A stretch of DNA of 64,000 nucleotides from an uncultured delta proteobacterium (lineage in GTDB: Bacteria > Desulfobacterota > Binatia > UBA9968). Below the pieces are notes generated by a model, which saw only the letters and a program-made list of their open reading frames with translations, did not search any database and was not told the origin of the DNA. Positions 20,426 to 30,601 of the stretch are shown one piece after another. The number at the start of each line of letters is the position of its first letter. Position 1 is the first letter of the stretch. Made by a program: the position numbers and the translations under genes. The stretch spans positions 1-64,000 of the forward strand of contig CAVWLW010000023.1 of NCBI GenBank assembly GCA_963755715.1. The letters run 5' to 3'.

Positions 20426-20444
20426 CTAATCGGAGGATTGAAAG

Positions 20445-21170
20445 TTGCACGCACAGATCGAAATTTTGGCCTCGTTGCAAACTGTTGACCGCGAGATAAA
20501 AGAACAAACCGGTCGCAAACAAAGGTTACTCGACGAGCTTCGGGTTACCGAGAAACAAATACAGAGCAAAAAGGGCGAAATCGATGCGCTAAACGCAATT
20601 TATGTCGAGAGGGAAAAAGCGCGCGTCGAAAAAGACCGGATCTTCCAGGACGAGGGCAAAAAAGCGATGGACAAGCGGATGCGCATGAACCGCATCAAAA
20701 ACACCAAAGAGTTGCAGGCGCTACAACGTGAAATCGAGCTGATGCGACAAACCAACGGGGACCTCGAGGAAGATCTAATCAGAATCATGCAGGAGATCGA
20801 TGCTGTCAAGGCTCAGATCCAGACAAAGCAATCGGAAATGGCGGCGATACAGGAAGAATGGCATAAAAAACAAGGAGAGCTGCAGGTGGAGATCAGTGGC
20901 ATCGACGCGGCCGTCTCCGAAGCGGCCACACGCCGGCAGAGCATCGCATCGCAGGTCACCGGTGACTTGATTTCCCGCTATGAGCTGATTTTTTCTCGGC
21001 GTGGTGGAACAGCCGTAGTGGAAGTTGCGGGGGGGATATGCCAAGGATGTTACATGAATCTGCCGCCGCAGCTATGGAACGAGATCATCCGAAACGAAAA
21101 AGTTCATCTATGCCCGAGCTGCCAGCGCATCCTTTTCGTCAAACCGCCGAATAGCGGCGCAGAGCATTAA
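20445..21170 (+). CDS. Coiled-coil C4-type zinc-ribbon protein (CT398/DUF164-like)
   Basis: Long coiled coil, KELQALQREI, and CQGC..CPSCQRIL. Confidence 0.88.
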   Translation: MHAQIEILASLQTVDREIKEQTGRKQRLLDELRVTEKQIQSKKGEIDALNAIYVEREKARVEKDRIFQDEGKKAMDKRMRMNRIKNTKELQALQREIELMRQTNGDLEEDLIRIMQEIDAVKAQIQTKQSEMAAIQEEWHKKQGELQVEISGIDAAVSEAATRRQSIASQVTGDLISRYELIFSRRGGTAVVEVAGGICQGCYMNLPPQLWNEIIRNEKVHLCPSCQRILFVKPPNSGAEH

Positions 21171-21324
21171 AGATCTTTTCTCCCTTCGTTGAATTGTTTG
21201 TGCCGCGCGGCGCGCGTGACCTGTTTCTTGCTTGCGCGCCCGTGGCGTTCGCCAGTTTGAGATCTTTTATTGTCCACACACTCTTCGCACAGCAGAGTCA
21301 AAATTATTATTGACGGATAAATTC

Positions 21325-21699
21325 ATGGCGGAACCCTCAGCGGAATAGCTTGATGGTCGACGGCGTGGTGATTCTCGATGAAAATGGCGTGGGGTCACTA
21401 CCTCGTCGCGCCACGAATAATGTCGCCGAATATGGTTGATGGGCCTCGAAGCGCTCATTCGACTGGGGCGAAAAAATATCGTCGTGCAAAGTGATTCCCA
21501 ACTGTTGGTGCGCCAGTTGAATGGTGAGTATCGGGTCAAAGACGAAAAGCTCAAAGAGCTATTTCAGCGCGCCGTGAGTTTGTTGCGGCAGTTCGACTCG
21601 TATCGTATTGTTCACGTGCGCCGCGAATTTAACAAATTGGCTGATCGGATGGCCAATCGGGGCATTGACGAAGCGGTGAAAAGCAATATTGCGGGCTAA
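21325..21699 (+). pseudogene. rnhA: Ribonuclease HI, N-terminal part disrupted
   Basis: The C-terminal half is intact (SDSQLLVRQLNGEYRVK, HVRREFNKLADRMAN). Upstream has ATNNVAEY and LMVDG out of frame, an early TAG, and no GNPG segment. Confidence 0.75.
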
Positions 21700-22067
21700 A
21701 GTGGATCAAGCGATCGCGCTTCGTGCTCCGGCATGAAGCGAGGAAAGTCCGGACTCCAAAGGACGCGGTGGCCGTTAACGACGGCTCCGAGTGATCGGGG
21801 GAAAGTACCACAGAAATGATACCGCCTGCCGTTCTAGCGGCCGGTAAGGTTGAAATGGCGAGGTAAGAGCTCACCGGTTCGCCAGTAATGGCGAACGCAT
21901 GGCAAACCCCACCTGGAGCAAGACCAAATAGGAGGGTTGGGTAGTCCGCCCATAGCCCTCGGGTAAGGTCGCTCGACCCCTCGAGTAATCGAGGGGCAAG
22001 ATGAATGATCGCTGTGACCCATTTTATGGGTTACGACAGAATCCGGCTTACCGATCCACTTTAGCCC
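21693..22067 (+). ncRNA. rnpB: RNase P RNA (type A)
   Basis: GAGGAAAGTCC and ACAGAATCCGGCTTA conserved boxes. GGGCTAAAGTGGATC pairs with GATCCACTTTAGCCC as the terminal helix. Confidence 0.96.
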
Positions 22068-22324
22068 AACTCTTCAACGAAATCGTCCGACTACGATCAT
22101 TTCCCGCATTTTCCGCCGTTCTTTGCCTAGCCAGCGATCCTTTCGGTTTCCAACACCTTTTGATTTTGGTTCGCGCTGTCTTAACCCCGGCACGCTAGCC
22201 TTGATACGCCTTGGTTAGACGGTCGAACTTTCCAGCCGTGCCCCTGTTATTCAAACGAACGTCCATCATTTACTGCACTGCTTCTTAAAATCTTAGAAAA
22301 CCTCAATGTTTTGGTTCTTTTTTG

Positions 22325-22377
22325 TTGACAGGTGGAGGAGGGCAAGTTATAAGTGGCGCCTAGTGGGAAAAGGTGGG
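22325..22377 (+). promoter_or_regulatory. dcw promoter with MraZ-binding repeats
   Basis: TTGACA(22325)-17 nt-TATAAG(22348). GTGG repeats at 22353, 22363 and 22373 have 10-bp periodicity. Confidence 0.85.
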
Positions 22378-22417
22378 ATGACATTTATCTTCTAGTTACG
22401 GACACTGGTTAGAAACT

Positions 22418-22870
22418 ATGTTTCGCGGCAGCTTCGAACATACGCTCGACAACAAAGGACGCCTGAGTATCCCATCCAAGTTCCGCGACGTTTTGGTGGG
22501 CAAGGGCGACGAGCGAATTGTGATGACTAATTTCGTCATCGACAGCCAGCGTTGTCTTGATGTCTATCCGATCGATGCGTGGCTACGATTCGAAGAAGAG
22601 GTTCGCAAGAAACCGAAGTTCGATCCGCGCATGGTGCGATTTCAAAATTATTATCTCGGTTCCGCTTGTGAATGCACTGTGGATACTCACGGCCGGATTC
22701 TTATACCGCCGGTGCTTAGAAAATACGCCGACCTCAAACGCGATGTCATTCTAGTTTCCGCGCTGGAAAAATTTCGCGTGTGGGACCGCGAAGCATGGAA
22801 AAAGATTTTTGTCGAGGCGGAAGACAAGCTCATGCAGGATCCGGATTTCCTCGGTGATTTGGGATTGTAG
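22418..22870 (+). CDS. mraZ: Division/cell wall cluster repressor MraZ
   Basis: FRGSFEHTLDNKGRLSIP and DTHGRILIP. Confidence 0.95.
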   Translation: MFRGSFEHTLDNKGRLSIPSKFRDVLVGKGDERIVMTNFVIDSQRCLDVYPIDAWLRFEEEVRKKPKFDPRMVRFQNYYLGSACECTVDTHGRILIPPVLRKYADLKRDVILVSALEKFRVWDREAWKKIFVEAEDKLMQDPDFLGDLGL

Positions 22871-22915
22871 ACGCGCGCGAGCGCGGCTCCTGAATCAACA
22901 AAAGGAGAATAGCGA

Positions 22916-23281
22916 ATGCTACTAGCGCGAAAACCCATTCAAGATATTTCAGTGATCGACCTCACCGGCGATATTGATTTTCGTGAGATGATTCGGATCA
23001 AGGACGCGATCGGTTCGTTGATCGAAAAAGAACGGATCAAAGTAGTGCTGAACCTTAAATCGGTGGACCATATCAATTACCTCAGCATCGGTGTGCTGCT
23101 GGAGCGCTTGAAGCTTTTGCGGAACTTGAATGGCGATCTCAAGCTCGCTGGCATGAGCCCTTTCTTACGCGATATTTTCAAGGTCGTCGGTATGGACCGA
23201 TTCTTCGAAGACTACACCTCTCTTGAAGATGCGATAGAAAGTTTCGACGATGACTGGGAGGGTGACGGAACCAGTCATTGA
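22916..23281 (+). CDS. STAS-domain (anti-sigma antagonist-like) protein
   Basis: VIDLTGDID, KVVLNLKSVDHIN and GDLKLAG..LRDIFKVVGM. Strong AAGGAG RBS. Confidence 0.85.
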   Translation: MLLARKPIQDISVIDLTGDIDFREMIRIKDAIGSLIEKERIKVVLNLKSVDHINYLSIGVLLERLKLLRNLNGDLKLAGMSPFLRDIFKVVGMDRFFEDYTSLEDAIESFDDDWEGDGTSH

Positions 23282-23284
23282 GCT

Positions 23285-24211
23285 GTGTACTCGCATATTT
23301 CCGTACTGGTGCCGGAGGTGATCGAGTTGCTTTCTCCCGGTCCGGGCAAGCGATATCTCGACGGCACGCTCGGCGGGGGAGGGCACAGCGAACAGATTCT
23401 AATCAACAGCAGCCCGGATGGGCAGGTCTTAGGCTTGGACCGGGATGATGAGGCGCTGGGCGCGGCGCGCGAGCGGCTGCGACGATTTGACAAACGGTTA
23501 ATCGCGCGCCAGGCGAGCTTCGCCGAGGCATTTGATATTCTCGGCGAGATCGGTTGGCAGCATGTGGACGGAGCGATTTTGGATCTAGGAATTTCATCCC
23601 ATCAAATCGATTCTCTCGAACGGGGCTTCAGCTTTCGTTCGGACGCGGCGCTCGACATGCGCATGGACCGCCGTCAATCGATCGATGCGCGCGAGATTGT
23701 CAATTCTTACGCGGCAGAGGATTTGGCGCGAATCTTTCGCGAGTACGGCGAAGAGCCCCAGGCACGAAGGCTCGCGCGGGCGATCGTCGAACAGCGGCAA
23801 AGCCGACCGCTCCAAAGCACCGGCGAGCTGGCTCGTTTGATCGAACGAATCAAGGGGCGCGGCCGGCGTGAGCACCATCCCGCTACTCAGGTGTTTCAAG
23901 CTTTGCGCATCGCCGTCAATCAAGAGTTGGACCACCTTAGGCGTTTCTTGGAGAGCGGCTACGAAACTTTACTGCCGAAGGGGAGAATGGCGATCATTTC
24001 ATTTCATTCTCTCGAGGACCGCAGGGTGAAGACGGCCTTTCGTAAATGGAGCCGCGCTTGTCTTTGTCCGCCGCGCGCTTTGCGCTGTCAGTGCGGCTGG
24101 AGCCAAAAAGTGAAGTTGCTGACAAAAAGGCCGATCGTCCCCTCGGCCGGCGAGATCCAGGCCAACCCGCGCGCTCGCTCGGCGAAGCTGCGCGCGGTGG
24201 AGAGGATCTAA
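23285..24211 (+). CDS. rsmH: 16S rRNA m4C1402 methyltransferase
   Basis: DGTLGGGGHS, DLGISS, FQALRIAVN, SFHSLEDR and NPRARSAKLR. Confidence 0.96.
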   Translation: MYSHISVLVPEVIELLSPGPGKRYLDGTLGGGGHSEQILINSSPDGQVLGLDRDDEALGAARERLRRFDKRLIARQASFAEAFDILGEIGWQHVDGAILDLGISSHQIDSLERGFSFRSDAALDMRMDRRQSIDAREIVNSYAAEDLARIFREYGEEPQARRLARAIVEQRQSRPLQSTGELARLIERIKGRGRREHHPATQVFQALRIAVNQELDHLRRFLESGYETLLPKGRMAIISFHSLEDRRVKTAFRKWSRACLCPPRALRCQCGWSQKVKLLTKRPIVPSAGEIQANPRARSAKLRAVERI

Positions 24212-24220
24212 GAGACAATC

Positions 24221-24568
24221 ATGGCCGCTACCGCCACCGCGTCAGGGCGCCAGACGGCAAATGGCAAACGGGAGCGATCGCCGCGCGCCGATCGCGCCGG
24301 CGGACGCCGACGCTTCGTTGTCGTGGCATTTTTGGCGCTCGCTTTAATCGGCGTCGTGCTGGTCCATGTCTGGTTGCGCTTGCAAGTGGTTCATATGGGT
24401 TACGTGCTTTCGAGCGCGAGTAAATTGCAAAGCCGTCTGGAGCAGGAAAACCGCGAACTGAAAATCGAATTGGCGACGATGACTTCGCCCGATCGTCTGG
24501 AGTCGCTCGCTCGTCGCCGCTTAGGCTTGAAGCCGCCGGAGAAGGGCCAAATTATTGTGCTTCCATGA
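24221..24568 (+). CDS. ftsL: Cell division protein FtsL
   Basis: Single TM plus coiled coil; SPDRLESLARRRLGL; position between rsmH and ftsI. Confidence 0.85.
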   Translation: MAATATASGRQTANGKRERSPRADRAGGRRRFVVVAFLALALIGVVLVHVWLRLQVVHMGYVLSSASKLQSRLEQENRELKIELATMTSPDRLESLARRRLGLKPPEKGQIIVLP

Positions 24569-26521
24569 GAAGACCTTTACAGCGCAATCAGCGCCGCCTT
24601 GGCGTCGCCAAAATATTGTTTCTGGCTTTGTTTTTGATCGTCGGCGGACGCGCCGTTCAATTGCAAATGCTGCAAGGCGAAAAACTGATGAAGCTCGGCC
24701 AACGGCAGCATCTGAAAGAGTGGATCGTGCTGCCCAAACGCGGCGCTTTGTTCGACCGCGCCGGCGAACCGTTGGCGCTTAGCATGGAATCGCAATCGGT
24801 CTACGCGCGTCCGCACCGCATTCAAGATGCCGAGCGGCTAAGCCGCGACTTTGGCGCAGATTCTCAACTTGCGGGTCGCCGACGTGAAGCAAAAGATTGT
24901 CAGCGAAAAGCCCTTTATTTGGCTCAAGCGTCAGGTGTCGTCAGCGGAAGCGGAAAAAATTCAAACATTGAACGCAGACGGCATCGGCATGTTTTATGAG
25001 CCCAATCGTCATTATCCGCAGGGGCAGCTGGCCGGCCAAGTGATCGGCTTTGTCGGCAGAGACTCGGAAGGACTCGAGGGCTTGGAGCTCAAATACAATG
25101 AATATATCCGCGGCGAATCCGGCTCCTCGGTGGCGGAGCGTGACGCGCTGGGACGACGTGTGCTGGTGCAAGGCGTCGAGGATCTGTATGTTCCGCCCGG
25201 CAGCGATATGCATCTGACCATCGATACCTCGATCCAACACGTTGTCGAAAAAGAGCTCGAGGCCTCGATCGTCAAATACCGGGCCAAGGCGGGTGTCGCG
25301 ATCGTGGCGGACCCGTTTACAGGGGAGATCCTCGCCCTCGCCAATTATCCATCGTTCGATCCGAACAACTATGCCAAACAGTCGGCCGAACAGAGACGCA
25401 ATCGCGCGGTGACGGACAGTTTCGAACCTGGATCGACATTCAAAACGATCTTGGCCGCGGCGGCGCTCGAAGAAGGCGTCGTCGGTAAAGACGATCTCTT
25501 CTATTGCGAAATGGGCAAATACCCTTATGCCGGGAAAATTATTCACGACACGCATCCGAACGGTTGGCTGTCATTCTCCAAGATTCTTCAAGTCTCAAGC
25601 AACATCGGCTTCACCAAAGTAGCCGAGAAGCTTAAGAGGGACCGCTATTTTAGATACATCGAAAAATTCGGCTTCGGTCAGGAGACAGGAATCGACGTGC
25701 CCGGCGAAGTCGCGGGAGTCGTGCGTAAACCGGAGAAGTGGTCGGCCGTCGACTTGGCCACCCACGCCTTCGGTCAAGGTCTTTCGACTACGCCGCTGCA
25801 ACTCGTCATGGCCTACGGGTCGATCGCCAACGGCGGTTTTCTCATGCGTCCCTACGTTACCCGGCGCGTGGTCAGTCCGCAGGGGGAAGTGTTGTTGGAG
25901 AATCAGCCGCATGTGGTTCGCCGCGTGATTTCAGAAAAAACCGCTAAGCTTTTGGCCTCAATGCTGCGGAATGTGACCAGCGAAGGCGGCACAGGCGTGA
26001 TGGCAAACGTCGAAGGGTTCGAGGTTGCCGGTAAGACCGGCACGGCTCAAAAGGCCGACCCGGTTCATGGCGGCTATGCGGCAAAGAAGCGGGTGGGCTC
26101 GTTCGTCGGTTTTGTTCCCGCCAATGATCCGCGTTTGGTGGCCTTGGTGCTGATCGATGAGCCCGAGGTAAACGTCTATGGCGGCGTCGTCGCCGCTCCG
26201 GTGTTTCGCAACATCGCGCAAGCGGCGTTGCGTCGTCTCGCCGTGGCGCCGGAAAAGGCAGCGCCGATTCCGACGATGCAGGATCAGTCGGAGTTGCCGA
26301 GCCGGCGCGCCGTTAAACAGCCCGGCGCTGTGATAGGGGAAGCAAATGCGGAAGCGACGCCTGACTTCGTCGGTCTCAGTTTGCGCGAAGCGCTGGAGAA
26401 AGCGCAGAGCTTGAAACTGAAATTGCGGCTTCAGGGCAATGGTTACGTGATCAAGCAGGTTCCCGCCCCCGGTGGTCGCTGGAACGAGGGTGAAGTTTTG
26501 GTTCTCAATCTGCAAGGCTAG
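24565..26521 (+). CDS. ftsI: Penicillin-binding protein 3 with PASTA domain; +1 frameshift near 24850 (probably sequencing error)
   Basis: PKRGALFDR in the first frame. EPGSTFK, SSN and KTGTAQK in the second frame. An extra T in GAC-T-TTG explains the shift. Confidence 0.9.
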
Positions 26522-26525
26522 AGCG

Positions 26526-28082
26526 ATGCACATCAAGGAGTTTCTGGCGATCGACGCGGTGGAGCAAGCTGACGGTGATCTCGACCAAGACGTGACCGGA
26601 CTCGCCTACGATTCGCGCAAGGCCGGCGCCGGACAAATATTTTTCGCGGTACCAGGAGAAAAAGTCGATGGTCACGACTTTATCGCGGACGCGGTGCGCT
26701 GTGGCGCCGCAGCCGTCGTGTTCTCGCGCGCGGGCAATTGGCCGCGCGCGTCCGCCGCTGTGCGCGTCAAAGATACGCGCCGCACGCTGGCCTTGTGGGC
26801 GGCGCATTTTTTCGACCGGCCGAGCACAAAACTGACGCTCGTCGGTATCACCGGCACCAATGGTAAGACGACGCTCTCTTATCTTATCGAATCGATGCTG
26901 CAGGCGGCGGCTCGGGAGCCCGGCGTGATCGGCACGATCAGTTACCGCTATCGCGGGTCGGAGGCGCCATCGCATCACACGACGCCCGAGTCGTTCGATT
27001 TGCAAGAGATGCTCGCCGAGATGGTCCAAGCCGGCGTCAAGTCCGTCGCGATGGAAGTATCTTCCCACGCTCTTGCTCAGGATCGAGTGCGTGGTTTGGC
27101 CTTCGATGTCGGCGTATTTACCAATCTATCTCGCGACCATCTTGATTATCACCGCGACATGGATGACTATTTTTTAGCCAAGAGCCGGCTCTTTACTGAT
27201 TATCTCAAAGAAAGCTGCAAGCCGAATAAGGCCGCAGTGATTTACGCTGACGATCCGTACGGCCGTAAGCTGCTCGCTAAAGTGCGCGGCGAAGACTTCG
27301 ACGCTTGGAGCTATGGCGAGGATGTGCAATGGGACGTGTACCCGCTTCATGTAGAGCAAGATGTTGGCGGACTGAGAGGGGCCATTCAGGCTCGCGGCTC
27401 GACGATCGAATTCAGATCTTCGCTGATCGGTGCGGCCAATTTACAAAATATCCTGGGCGCGGTCGGCGCGGGTTTGGCCTTGGGGCTCGATGCCGAGACC
27501 GTGGCCCAAGGCATTGAGCGACTCAAATCGGTGCCGGGGCGGCTGGAAAAAGTGGCCAACAATCTCGATATCGCCATTTTAGTCGACTATGCCCATTCGC
27601 CGGATGCTCTGGAAAAAGTCCTCGGTGCGGTGCGCCCGATCACTCGAGGGAAGCTCATAACCGTGTTCGGTTGTGGCGGCGATCGCGACCGCGGCAAGCG
27701 GCCATTGATGGGCGCGATTGCCGGCCGATTGAGCGACGTTGTGGTGCTCACGTCGGATAATCCTCGCAGCGAAGATCCGCTGGCGATCATCGAAGAAGTG
27801 GAGGCCGGCATTCGCATGACCGGGGTCAAAAAGTTTAGCGCGTCGCGTCTTGAGTCAAGTGTTTTCCAAACTCGAAACCCGAAATCTGAAACGGAGAGCG
27901 GTTATTGCGTCGAAGCCGATCGACGCCTTGCGATTGGCATCGCGCTACGCGTCGCGCGTCCGCGTGATCTCGTGCTGATCGCCGGCAAAGGGCACGAGGA
28001 CTACCAAATCTTGGGCGCCGACAAAATTCATTTTGACGATCGAGAAGTCGCGCGCGAAGAAGCGGCGCGGATTAGCGCGTAA
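26526..28082 (+). CDS. murE: UDP-MurNAc-tripeptide synthetase (meso-DAP type)
   Basis: GITGTNGKTT, MEVSSH, DYAHSPD, DNPR and AGKGHEDYQ. Confidence 0.95.
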   Translation: MHIKEFLAIDAVEQADGDLDQDVTGLAYDSRKAGAGQIFFAVPGEKVDGHDFIADAVRCGAAAVVFSRAGNWPRASAAVRVKDTRRTLALWAAHFFDRPSTKLTLVGITGTNGKTTLSYLIESMLQAAAREPGVIGTISYRYRGSEAPSHHTTPESFDLQEMLAEMVQAGVKSVAMEVSSHALAQDRVRGLAFDVGVFTNLSRDHLDYHRDMDDYFLAKSRLFTDYLKESCKPNKAAVIYADDPYGRKLLAKVRGEDFDAWSYGEDVQWDVYPLHVEQDVGGLRGAIQARGSTIEFRSSLIGAANLQNILGAVGAGLALGLDAETVAQGIERLKSVPGRLEKVANNLDIAILVDYAHSPDALEKVLGAVRPITRGKLITVFGCGGDRDRGKRPLMGAIAGRLSDVVVLTSDNPRSEDPLAIIEEVEAGIRMTGVKKFSASRLESSVFQTRNPKSETESGYCVEADRRLAIGIALRVARPRDLVLIAGKGHEDYQILGADKIHFDDREVAREEAARISA

Positions 28083-28092
28083 GTGGCGAGGG

Positions 28093-29496
28093 ATGGGATG
28101 GCGCGCAGTAGAAATTCTTGCGGCGACCGGCGGCAAAGTCCTCCGCGACGGCGGCAAAACGCGTTTCGGTGAAATCGTGACAGACTCAACCAAGGTCAAA
28201 ACCGGCTCAGTTTTCGTCGCGTTGAAAGGCGAGCGCCATGACGGTCATCGCTTTGTCGGCGACGCGGTCCGTCGTGGCGCCGGCTGCGTCATCGCGCATC
28301 GTTCATTGCCCAAGTCCGCGCTTGGCCGCGCGACCGCGATAAAAGTCGCTGACACGCTCACGGCCTTGGGCGATCTGGCCCACTATCGACGGCAACAGTT
28401 TGCCCCGAAGGTGCTGGCGATCACGGGTTCTAATGGCAAAACTACGACTAAGGAAATGGTCGCGGCAATTCTCCAAGAAGCTTGGGCCGGCGGTAAACGG
28501 AGGCGCGGCAAAATTCTTAAGACGGAAGGAAATTTCAACAACCTGGTGGGGCTGCCACTAACGCTTTTACGTTTGCGCAAGCAAGACAAGATGGCGGTTG
28601 TGGAGCTCGGCACCAATCAGCCGGGTGAGATTCAGCGCCTCACCGAGATCGCCGATCCCGACATCGGCATCATCACGTCGGTGGCGGCGGCTCATCTCGA
28701 AGGATTGAACAGCTTGGCGGGTGTCGCTCGAGAAAAAGGCGCGCTCTATCGGGGCATGCGCCCGAACGGCACGATTGTCGTCAACCTCGACGATCCGTGG
28801 GTTCGGAAAATCGCCGCGCGCTTCCCAGGGCGCAAGATTACCTACGGCAAACGCGGTTGGGTGCGCGCGCAGGCATGGCGTATGCGCGGCATGGACGGCA
28901 TGCAATTGAAGCTTAAAGCCGGCCAACGCAGTTGCAACGTGAAGCTTAACTACCTAGGTCAACACAATGTCGCGAACGCGCTCGGCGCGGCGGCGTTGAC
29001 GCTCGGTGTTGGTGCGAAGCTGGCCGCGGTCCGCCGAGGGTTGGCCAAAGCCCGACCGTTTTCCATGCGCATGCAGAGCGAGGATTGGCGCGGCCTTAGC
29101 ATTATCAATGACGCCTACAATGCCAATCCCGCTTCGATGAAAGCGGCACTGCAAACGCTTGCGGAGTTGCCCTGCCGCGGCCGCAGAATCGCGGTGCTCG
29201 GCGATATGTTCGAGCTTGGAAAACAGGCGGCGCGGGAACATCGCCAGCTCGGCAAAAACGCAGCGCGCGGCGCCGTCGATTTTCTCTACCTCCTCGGCGA
29301 CCGAGCCGCGCTGGTGCACCGCGGCGCTCTGGCGGCAGGTATGAGTCCCGAGCGCGTCATCGTCGGTAAGGATCACACCGAGCTGGTCAAGCGTTTACGC
29401 GAGCAGGTGAAGAAGGGCGATTGTCTACTGTTCAAGGGGTCGCGCGGCATGAAAATGGAAAAAGTCTTGGACGGGCTTAAAAGCGGAAAGGCCTAG
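28093..29496 (+). CDS. murF: UDP-MurNAc-pentapeptide synthetase
   Basis: [31 protein letters not shown] and KGSRG. Confidence 0.95.
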   Translation: MGWRAVEILAATGGKVLRDGGKTRFGEIVTDSTKVKTGSVFVALKGERHDGHRFVGDAVRRGAGCVIAHRSLPKSALGRATAIKVADTLTALGDLAHYRRQQFAPKVLAITGSNGKTTTKEMVAAILQEAWAGGKRRRGKILKTEGNFNNLVGLPLTLLRLRKQDKMAVVELGTNQPGEIQRLTEIADPDIGIITSVAAAHLEGLNSLAGVAREKGALYRGMRPNGTIVVNLDDPWVRKIAARFPGRKITYGKRGWVRAQAWRMRGMDGMQLKLKAGQRSCNVKLNYLGQHNVANALGAAALTLGVGAKLAAVRRGLAKARPFSMRMQSEDWRGLSIINDAYNANPASMKAALQTLAELPCRGRRIAVLGDMFELGKQAAREHRQLGKNAARGAVDFLYLLGDRAALVHRGALAAGMSPERVIVGKDHTELVKRLREQVKKGDCLLFKGSRGMKMEKVLDGLKSGKA

Positions 29497-29500
29497 GAGA

Positions 29501-30583
29501 TTGAACTTGCTTTATTACCTGTCGTTTCCGCTTTCCATGAGCTACTCGGGCTTCAACGTTTTTCGTTACATTACCTTTCGCGCGGCGATGGCGGCGTTGC
29601 TCGCGCTCTTGATCTCGTTTCTCCTCGGCCCCTGGTTGATTCGCACGTTGACGGAAAAACAGATTGGCCAGCAGATTCGCGATGACGGTCCGGCGAGCCA
29701 CGCGGTCAAGGCGGGCACGCCGACCATGGGCGGCGCGCTGATCATCCTGGCGCTTTTGTTCTCGACGCTGATGATGGCCGACATCGCCAACCGCTATGTC
29801 TTGCTCGCGCTGATCGCCACGGTCGGCACCGGCGTGGTCGGCTTTGCCGACGATTACTTGAAGCTGACCCGCAAAAACAGCAGGGGCCTTTCGCCGCGCG
29901 GCAAGCTGCTCGGCCAATTCTTGGTCGCACTCGTGGTCGCCTTGGCGCTTTATTACCAGCCCCGGTTCAGCACCGAAATCGCCGTGCCGTTCATTAAAAC
30001 TTTTCACTTCGATCTGGGGCCGTTTTACGTACCTTTCGCGATGCTCGTGATCGTGTGCACTTCGAACGCCGTCAATTTGACCGATGGTTTGGACGGATTG
30101 GCGATCGGCCCGGTGATGGTCGCCGCGGGCACCTACGCGGTCATCGCCTACGTGACCGGCCATTTAAAGCTCGCCGAATATTTGCAGATCCCCTACGTCG
30201 CGGGCGTCGGTGAGCTGAGCGTTTTTTGCGCCGGGGTCGTGGCGGCCGGTCTGGGTTTTCTCTGGTATAACGCCTATCCGGCGCAAATGTTTATGGGCGA
30301 CGTGGGTTCGCTTTCTCTGGGCGCCGCCCTTGGCGTAGTCGCAGTGATGACTAAAAATGAAATTCTTCTGATCATCGTCGGCGGCGTGTTCGTCATGGAA
30401 GCGCTGTCGGTGATCTTTCAAGTGGTCTCTTACAAGTTCCGACGCAAGCGCGTTTTTCTCATGGCGCCGATTCACCATCATTACGAGCTTAAGGGTTGGA
30501 AGGAGCCGCAGATCATCGTGCGGTTTTGGATTCTTTCTTTTATATGCGCCGTCGTGGGCTTGAGCACGTTAAAGCTCCGATGA
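29501..30583 (+). CDS. mraY: Phospho-MurNAc-pentapeptide transferase
   Basis: [29 protein letters not shown] and MAPIHHH. Confidence 0.96.
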   Translation: MNLLYYLSFPLSMSYSGFNVFRYITFRAAMAALLALLISFLLGPWLIRTLTEKQIGQQIRDDGPASHAVKAGTPTMGGALIILALLFSTLMMADIANRYVLLALIATVGTGVVGFADDYLKLTRKNSRGLSPRGKLLGQFLVALVVALALYYQPRFSTEIAVPFIKTFHFDLGPFYVPFAMLVIVCTSNAVNLTDGLDGLAIGPVMVAAGTYAVIAYVTGHLKLAEYLQIPYVAGVGELSVFCAGVVAAGLGFLWYNAYPAQMFMGDVGSLSLGAALGVVAVMTKNEILLIIVGGVFVMEALSVIFQVVSYKFRRKRVFLMAPIHHHYELKGWKEPQIIVRFWILSFICAVVGLSTLKLR

Positions 30584-30601
30584 GCGCGGTGACGGTCAAG
30601 C

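Noticed and set aside
24565-26521. Programmed frameshift or true pseudogene in ftsI
   Set aside because: One extra T with no slippery heptamer, and similar slips in unrelated genes; sequencing error is more likely.
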